A stretch of DNA of 64,000 nucleotides from Thermoprotei archaeon. GTDB lineage: Archaea; Thermoproteota; Thermoprotei; Thermoproteales; B15-G16. Under the pieces are notes generated by a model. The model saw only the letters and a list, made by a program, of their open reading frames with translations, was not told where the DNA came from and did not search any database. Shown here in pieces: positions 58,752-64,000 of this stretch (positions are counted from its first letter, which is position 1; each line of letters starts with the position of its first letter). The position numbers and the translations under genes were made by a program. The DNA is taken from contig QMRC01000007.1 in NCBI GenBank assembly GCA_003649205.1, positions 21,937-85,936 of the forward strand, in the 5' to 3' direction.

Positions 58752-59738
58752 GTGGGAGGAGTGGGAGGTAGGAGTAATAGATCCAGCCACCAAGCTACAG
58801 AGATATTGAAGGCTTTTTGGCAACATGAAGTATCTAAACCATTCATAGCATTTCTCGGACTATTCATCGTATCAGCAGTACTATCACCAGCATTCCTAAC
58901 ACCGTACAACCAGAGAGTACTAGCACTACAGACAGCACCACTAGCTCTACTAGCATTTGGTGAGTCCATGATAATACTGATGGGTAGCATAGACCTATCG
59001 CCAGGTTCAACAATGGCTCTCGCAGGTACAGTAGCTGCAATAACCTTCGTACACTACAAGCAACCACTAGCAATAGCGTTTCTAGCAGGTATAGCAATAG
59101 GTGCACTGGTAGGTTTCATAAATGGTCTACTAGTGACTAAGGCTAAGATACCATCATTCGTAGCTACATTAGCGGCATTGGTAGCTGGTAGAGGCATGGT
59201 ACTAATACTGACAGGAGGTCAGCCAATTGTTGGCTTAAGAGCTTTCGGAGTACTCACTATGGACATAGGGCCACTACCAACAATGGTATGGTTGATGTTC
59301 TTCTTCACAGTACTCAACTTCTTCCTACTAACCTACACGAGGTGGGGTAGGTACATATACGCGATCGGTGGTAATGAGGAAGCTGTCAGGTGTTCAGGTA
59401 TAAACGCTGATCTAATCAAGTTAATGACATTTACACTAGCTGGATGCTACTACGCAATAGCTGGTCTAATGATGGATGCTAGACTAGAAGTAGCGTATCC
59501 CTGGACAGGTTGGGGTGCAGAGCTCGATGCAATTGCATCATCAGTACTAGGCGGAATACAGTTAACAGGTGGTGTAGGTTCACCGATAGGGCCATTCTTT
59601 GGAGCTTACGTACTAACACTAATAACGAATGTCTTAATCCTCATGGGCGTAAATCCATTCTATCAGTGGGTAGTCAAGGGAATAGTCTTGGTAGTTGCAG
59701 CAATCGCACTAACCAGAGGCTTACGATACGTGAAGTGA
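58752..59738 (+). CDS. rbsC: Ribose-type sugar ABC permease
   Basis: IDLSPGS, IPSFVATL, YAIGGNEEA, ELDAIASSVLGG. Confidence 0.9.
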   Translation: MGGVGGRSNRSSHQATEILKAFWQHEVSKPFIAFLGLFIVSAVLSPAFLTPYNQRVLALQTAPLALLAFGESMIILMGSIDLSPGSTMALAGTVAAITFVHYKQPLAIAFLAGIAIGALVGFINGLLVTKAKIPSFVATLAALVAGRGMVLILTGGQPIVGLRAFGVLTMDIGPLPTMVWLMFFFTVLNFFLLTYTRWGRYIYAIGGNEEAVRCSGINADLIKLMTFTLAGCYYAIAGLMMDARLEVAYPWTGWGAELDAIASSVLGGIQLTGGVGSPIGPFFGAYVLTLITNVLILMGVNPFYQWVVKGIVLVVAAIALTRGLRYVK

Positions 59739-59772
59739 CAATCGACAATTACCGAAAAACGGAATATCGAAC

Positions 59773-59783
59773 CTTTATATTTA
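59773..59783 (+). promoter_or_regulatory. TATA box for a probable internal promoter of the binding-protein gene
   Basis: CTTTATATTTA about 35 nt before ATG 59816, with GAGGT RBS between. Confidence 0.5.
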
Positions 59784-59815
59784 TTCAGTTCTCTAGAAAT
59801 TCTGAGGTAATTTCC

Positions 59816-60874
59816 ATGAGAACCCTAGGCATAGCTAAGAAGACGTTAATAGGTATAGTCGTGGCGATAATAATCATAGCAGTCATAGCCGGCGTGGTAG
59901 CTTCACTATACCTAGCTCCAGCTCCTGGCAAGAAGAAGCTGACATTCGCCCTACTGGTCAGTAACTTGGGCAACCCATACTTCGTGATGCTGAAAGATGG
60001 TGCTGAAGCAGCAGTTAAGGAACTGAAAGCTAAAGGCATTGAGGTTGAGCTAATAGTGTACGACGCCAAGGACGACCCAGACCTACAGGTAAGGCAAATC
60101 GAAGAGGCTATTGCTAAGAAGGTAGATGCACTACTGATAAACCCAGTACATAAGGAAGCGATACTACCAGCTGTTAGAGATGCAGTTAAAGCAGGCATCA
60201 TAGTAATAACGACTGATAGAGATATAGCCGACAAGTCACTAAGAGTATTCTTCACAGGTACAGACAACGTCTACGGTGCTGAGCTAGCAGTAAAAGCACT
60301 TATTGAAGCTCTAGAGAAATCAGGTAAACCAAAGCCCTGGAAAATTGTCATTCTACACGGTATTCCAGGTACAACAGCTGCAGAAGACAGAAAGAAAGGA
60401 TTCCACAATGTACTAGACCCACTAGTCAAGAAGGGCGATGTTAAGATAGTTGCTGAAGAGATCGCTTACTTCAGAAGAGATAAGGGTCTAGAGGTAATGG
60501 AGAGCATACTAGCGAGAACTAAGGAAATTGATGCAGTAATCTGTGCAAATGACGAGATGGCTCTAGGTGCTATACAAGCAATCGAAGGTGCAGGCCTAGT
60601 ACCAGGTAAGGACATTATTGTCGTCGGCTACGATGCAATACCCGACGCAGTAGAAGCAGTTAAGGCTGGTAAGATGTACGCTACAATAGCACAGTCACCA
60701 TTCCTACAGGGTTACTGGGCAGTAATGGGTGCGTACTACATAGTAGTTAAGGGATGGAAGCCACCAAAGGACTTCATACCAACACCTGTCGTCGTAGTAA
60801 CAAAGGCTAACGTAGGAACCTTCAGTGAGGAAGTAGCTAAGCCAAAGCCACTACCCGGAGCACCTTCCGAGTAA
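59816..60874 (+). CDS. rbsB: Ribose-type sugar-binding protein
   Basis: N-terminal TM, NPYF, TTDR, GTDN..G, DR..GF, NDEMALGA, GYDA; real start ATG 59816 (ORF track 59510). Confidence 0.88.
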   Translation: MRTLGIAKKTLIGIVVAIIIIAVIAGVVASLYLAPAPGKKKLTFALLVSNLGNPYFVMLKDGAEAAVKELKAKGIEVELIVYDAKDDPDLQVRQIEEAIAKKVDALLINPVHKEAILPAVRDAVKAGIIVITTDRDIADKSLRVFFTGTDNVYGAELAVKALIEALEKSGKPKPWKIVILHGIPGTTAAEDRKKGFHNVLDPLVKKGDVKIVAEEIAYFRRDKGLEVMESILARTKEIDAVICANDEMALGAIQAIEGAGLVPGKDIIVVGYDAIPDAVEAVKAGKMYATIAQSPFLQGYWAVMGAYYIVVKGWKPPKDFIPTPVVVVTKANVGTFSEEVAKPKPLPGAPSE

Positions 60875-60935
60875 GAGAAGAAAGGTAAAAATCCACCTTT
60901 CCTATTTCATCTACCACCTTCTCTCTATTTGAGTT

Positions 60936-61880
60936 CTAGATTAGCTCCCTACCTATTCTCTCCTTGATGAAACTTCTCAATTCCTCTCTCCAAGGAAGTC
61001 CTGTCTGTGCCCCTGGCTTGGTACACTTGAGTGCTGCTGCTGCATTAGCTATGAGTACTGCCTCATCTATGGTCTTACCCTCTGCTAGTGCTACTGCTAA
61101 AGCACCATTAAATGCATCACCAGCACCTGTAGTGTCAACTGCTGTTACCTTGAAGGTTGGTACGTGTTTTACTTCTTCCTCTGTGACAAGTAGTGCCCCT
61201 TCCTCTCCTAGAGTTATCACTACGTTCTTAACACCGAGGTCCTGTAGCTTCCTCGCTGCTTTGATCATGTCATCTCTAGTCTCTATCTTAACTCCACTCA
61301 GGGTCTCAGCTTCAACTACGTTAGGTGTAATTGTGTGGATGTACTTGTAGATTTCACTTGGTAGTTTTCGTGCAGGTGCAGGATTGAGAATTACCTTGAC
61401 TCCATAGCTATGTGCTTTCCTAGCTGCGTAGACTACTGTCTCAACTGGTATCTCTAGCTGTAGCAGCATGATGCTAGCTCTCTTGATGATTTCTTCAGCT
61501 CTATCAACGTCTTCTTTCGAGACCTTGAGATCTGTACCTGGTGCAACAGCTATGATGTTTCTACCATCGCGATCCACCACTATGAGCGCAACCCCCGTAT
61601 ACGTTGTTGGGTCTCGAGTTACGTACGTAGTATCTACACTGTTCCTAACTAGGTTCTGGACTAGCTGCTCGCCAATGTAGTCAGTACCTACTCTACTAAT
61701 TAGATAGGATTTAGCACCTAATCTAGCCACAGCAACAGCTTGGTTTGCACCCTTACCTCCTGGCGACATGAGGAACTTCTCACCTATTACTGTCTCTCCT
61801 GTCTTGGGTAGGTGATCTACGTAGACGGTAAAGTCCATGTGAGCGCTCCCAACAATGATTACCACAGGTTTTTCACTCAT
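60936..61880 (-). CDS. rbsK: Ribokinase
   Basis: GGKGANQAVA, QLEIP, NPAPA, PN..E, DTTGAGDAF; probable ATG at 61880. Confidence 0.93.
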   Translation of the reverse strand: MSEKPVVIIVGSAHMDFTVYVDHLPKTGETVIGEKFLMSPGGKGANQAVAVARLGAKSYLISRVGTDYIGEQLVQNLVRNSVDTTYVTRDPTTYTGVALIVVDRDGRNIIAVAPGTDLKVSKEDVDRAEEIIKRASIMLLQLEIPVETVVYAARKAHSYGVKVILNPAPARKLPSEIYKYIHTITPNVVEAETLSGVKIETRDDMIKAARKLQDLGVKNVVITLGEEGALLVTEEEVKHVPTFKVTAVDTTGAGDAFNGALAVALAEGKTIDEAVLIANAAAALKCTKPGAQTGLPWREELRSFIKERIGRELI

Positions 61881-61924
61881 ACTAATCACCGTAACTCTCC
61901 TCAGTTGAGTAACTGTTAAGAGTT

Positions 61925-62776
61925 TCAAGTTCTCTTCAAGTGCTTTACTAACTCGATGAAGTCTAAAGGTCTTAGATCTCTAACACGTTTATTAACTAAC
62001 TCACTAGGTAGTTCATCTACGCTAATTCTCAAGTCTCTTGACTTAATGTACTCAGTAAGTACCTTCTTAACGAGCTTGTTCCTCTGGGTAAAGAGGTACG
62101 TCACGAGATCTCTAAAGTTGCTGTAGTTGAATTCAGGTACATCACTACGAGGTACTATTTTTATTAGTGCTGAATCTACTTCGGGAATTGGGTAGAAGAA
62201 GCTCCTTGGTATTCTCCGAAGATATGTGACTTCTGAGAAGAGGTTACAGAACACTGTCAATCTACCATACTCCTTAGTACCTGGAACTGCTATCAATCTC
62301 TCACCAACTTCATGTTGAAGAGTTAGTACAGCTACCTCATATCTACCTCTCCACTCAAGTAGTAGCTTCTCGAGTAGTGGTGAGGTTATAGAGTAAGGTA
62401 TGTCAGCAACTATCTTATTTACTCTCGGTAGCTCGTACTCAAGGACATCCCCCTCAATGACCTCTACATTCCCTAGAGCACTACTTAGCTCTCTAAGAGC
62501 TTCAACTAAACGCCTATCTATCTCAATGGTTATTACATGCTTTACTCTAAATGCTAGGAACGCAGTTAGTACCCCTGTTCCACCACCAATCTCAAATACG
62601 ATATCGTCTCTACGTAAGTCACCAAACCGCTCAATATCACGTAGAAGTGAAGGTTCAACTAGGAAGTGCTGTCCCAACTTCCTACTAGGTCTAACACCAT
62701 ACCTCCTAAGAACTTCCTTAACCCATCTCACTAATTCACTCCTACTTAACTCAGCAGGATCACGTATAGACATCAC
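61925..62776 (-). CDS. rsmA: 16S rRNA dimethyladenosine transferase KsgA/Dim1
   Basis: KLGQHFL, EIGGGTG, EID, DIPYSI, YGRL, F.PIPEVDS. Confidence 0.93.
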   Translation of the reverse strand: MMSIRDPAELSRSELVRWVKEVLRRYGVRPSRKLGQHFLVEPSLLRDIERFGDLRRDDIVFEIGGGTGVLTAFLAFRVKHVITIEIDRRLVEALRELSSALGNVEVIEGDVLEYELPRVNKIVADIPYSITSPLLEKLLLEWRGRYEVAVLTLQHEVGERLIAVPGTKEYGRLTVFCNLFSEVTYLRRIPRSFFYPIPEVDSALIKIVPRSDVPEFNYSNFRDLVTYLFTQRNKLVKKVLTEYIKSRDLRISVDELPSELVNKRVRDLRPLDFIELVKHLKRT

Positions 62777-62777
62777 T

Positions 62778-62799
62778 AATTCAATTAGAATTCAATTAG
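62778..62799. repeat. Perfect 11-bp tandem duplication
   Basis: AATTCAATTAG x2 fills the trxB-rsmA spacer. Confidence 0.8.
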
Positions 62800-63981
62800 T
62801 TAATCACTAGATACGCGTAGGTACTTCTCAACAATATACTTCGCATAATCACACTCGCACTGAATAGATAATCCAGTAGAGAGTGCATACTTAGCGGCTT
62901 CAAGAACCAATCTCTTACCAATACCTAATCCTCTAAATTCTTCAGGAACATATACACTCTCAATGATGAGTTTCCTACCTTCAACCCTGTATCTAAGGTA
63001 AGCAACCTTATCGTTAACTCTCAATTCGAAGACGTTATCTCTACGAACTACCTCTCTTCTCCTAGCAATGACGTACCTATATGCTGATAGAGCGGCTACA
63101 GCACCATCACCACAAGCAACAACTACTTGAAAACCTCTACCAGTAACATCACCAGCAGCGAATACACCCTCAATATTAGTTCTCTGACTCCTATCAACAA
63201 TAATGAACCCCCTATCATCTACGTTAATCCCTATCTTACGGAAGATAGCAGTATTCGGTACCTCAGCCCTCGCAATGAATACACCAGAAACATCAATCTC
63301 CTTAATAGAACCATCAATAGGCCTCACAACAATCTTCTCAACACGATCCCTACCACGAACCTCCTCAACCCTACCCTCAATAACCTCTAGGTTCGGTACA
63401 TGACCAAGCCTACGTAGATAAGCTTCGGTTACCTCATCTACCTTCTCAAGGACTAGATACACCTTCGAAGCTATCGTAGTGAGGTACTGAGCCTCCTTAA
63501 TAGCCTTCTCACCACACCCCACAACCGCAACTACCTTACCACGGTAGAGAGGTCCATCACAAACAGCACAGTACGAAATACCCCTACCCAAGAACTCGAA
63601 CTCACCCCTAATAGTACCCCTAACTCTCTCAGCACCAGTGGCTATGATCAAGGCATAAGCCAGAACACACTTACCACCACTAGTCTTCACACACCAGAAA
63701 CCACCAACATTACTCACATCAACAACTTCTTCAGGATACCAAATCTCAACACCTAAATCCTGAACCTGCTTGAGGAACCTACTAGCAAGCTCAAGACCCT
63801 TAACAGGTTCAACACCTGGGTAATTCTCTATGATAGGTACCTCATTGAGCTTACCACCAGGTAGAGAACGCTCAATGACTAAAGGATCGAGACCTAACCT
63901 CTTTAAGTAGAGAGCTGCTGTGAGGCCTGCTGGCCCTCCACCAATGATAACTACATCACGAATAGTTGAGTTACCTGACAT
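62800..63981 (-). CDS. trxB: Thioredoxin reductase-like flavoprotein fused to a C-terminal YjdJ/Acetyltransf_CG-type GNAT domain
   Basis: GGGPAG, IENYPG, ATGA, GISYCAVCDG, GVFAAGDV; tail AYLRY....IESVYVPEEFRGLGIG...C.CDYA. Confidence 0.85.
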   Translation of the reverse strand: MSGNSTIRDVVIIGGGPAGLTAALYLKRLGLDPLVIERSLPGGKLNEVPIIENYPGVEPVKGLELASRFLKQVQDLGVEIWYPEEVVDVSNVGGFWCVKTSGGKCVLAYALIIATGAERVRGTIRGEFEFLGRGISYCAVCDGPLYRGKVVAVVGCGEKAIKEAQYLTTIASKVYLVLEKVDEVTEAYLRRLGHVPNLEVIEGRVEEVRGRDRVEKIVVRPIDGSIKEIDVSGVFIARAEVPNTAIFRKIGINVDDRGFIIVDRSQRTNIEGVFAAGDVTGRGFQVVVACGDGAVAALSAYRYVIARRREVVRRDNVFELRVNDKVAYLRYRVEGRKLIIESVYVPEEFRGLGIGKRLVLEAAKYALSTGLSIQCECDYAKYIVEKYLRVSSD

Positions 63982-64000
63982 GGCTACACACCGATCTTGC

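Noticed and set aside
59510-59815. Long N-terminal extension of the sugar-binding protein ORF
   Set aside because: Overlaps rbsC; TATA box, RBS and signal anchor indicate the start at 59816
715-63403. Many short antisense or alternative-frame ORFs in the track (e.g. 4494-4910, 19790-20230, 45229-45678, 58093-58701, 59785-60267)
   Set aside because: Shadow ORFs overlapping well-supported genes, Ser/Thr/Leu-rich with no motifs
1-64000. CRISPR arrays, tRNA/rRNA genes, transposases, inteins
   Set aside because: No regularly spaced repeats, cloverleafs, long GC-rich RNA genes, transposase motifs or intein-sized insertions seen

Overview
Gene-dense chromosomal segment of a probably (hyper)thermophilic archaeon, most consistent with Thermoproteota (archaeal RadA, NurA/HerA, Trm5-family and Clp1-family genes; C/D guides complementary to archaeal-type 16S rRNA). 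I see no mobile elements, CRISPR arrays, rRNA or tRNA genes. Most genes are housekeeping or transport (thiL, apgM, amino-acid, ribose and ABC-2 transporters, DtxR-feoA-feoB, rbsK, rsmA, trxB). The main point of interest is a ~12 kb co-directional locus (22498-34586). There the known nurA-herA-mre11-rad50 resection operon is extended by a membrane protein, a degenerate HerA/VirB4-like paralog, an unknown protein, a full RadA, a SWIM zinc-finger protein, a P-loop-less RecA-fold protein and a C2H2/coiled-coil protein; HerA itself carries a C-terminal SWIM-like finger. The SWIM plus RecA-fold pair mirrors the eukaryotic Shu (SWS1-SWSAP1) recombination mediator. The intergenic spaces also hold about ten box C/D sRNA candidates and one H/ACA sRNA candidate not shown in the ORF track. 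Other oddities are a TrxR-GNAT fusion lacking NADPH motifs, a MinD-like/degenerate secretion-ATPase pair, an orphan short pilin and kb-scale strand-skew patches. All calls are from motif reading only; no database searches were run.
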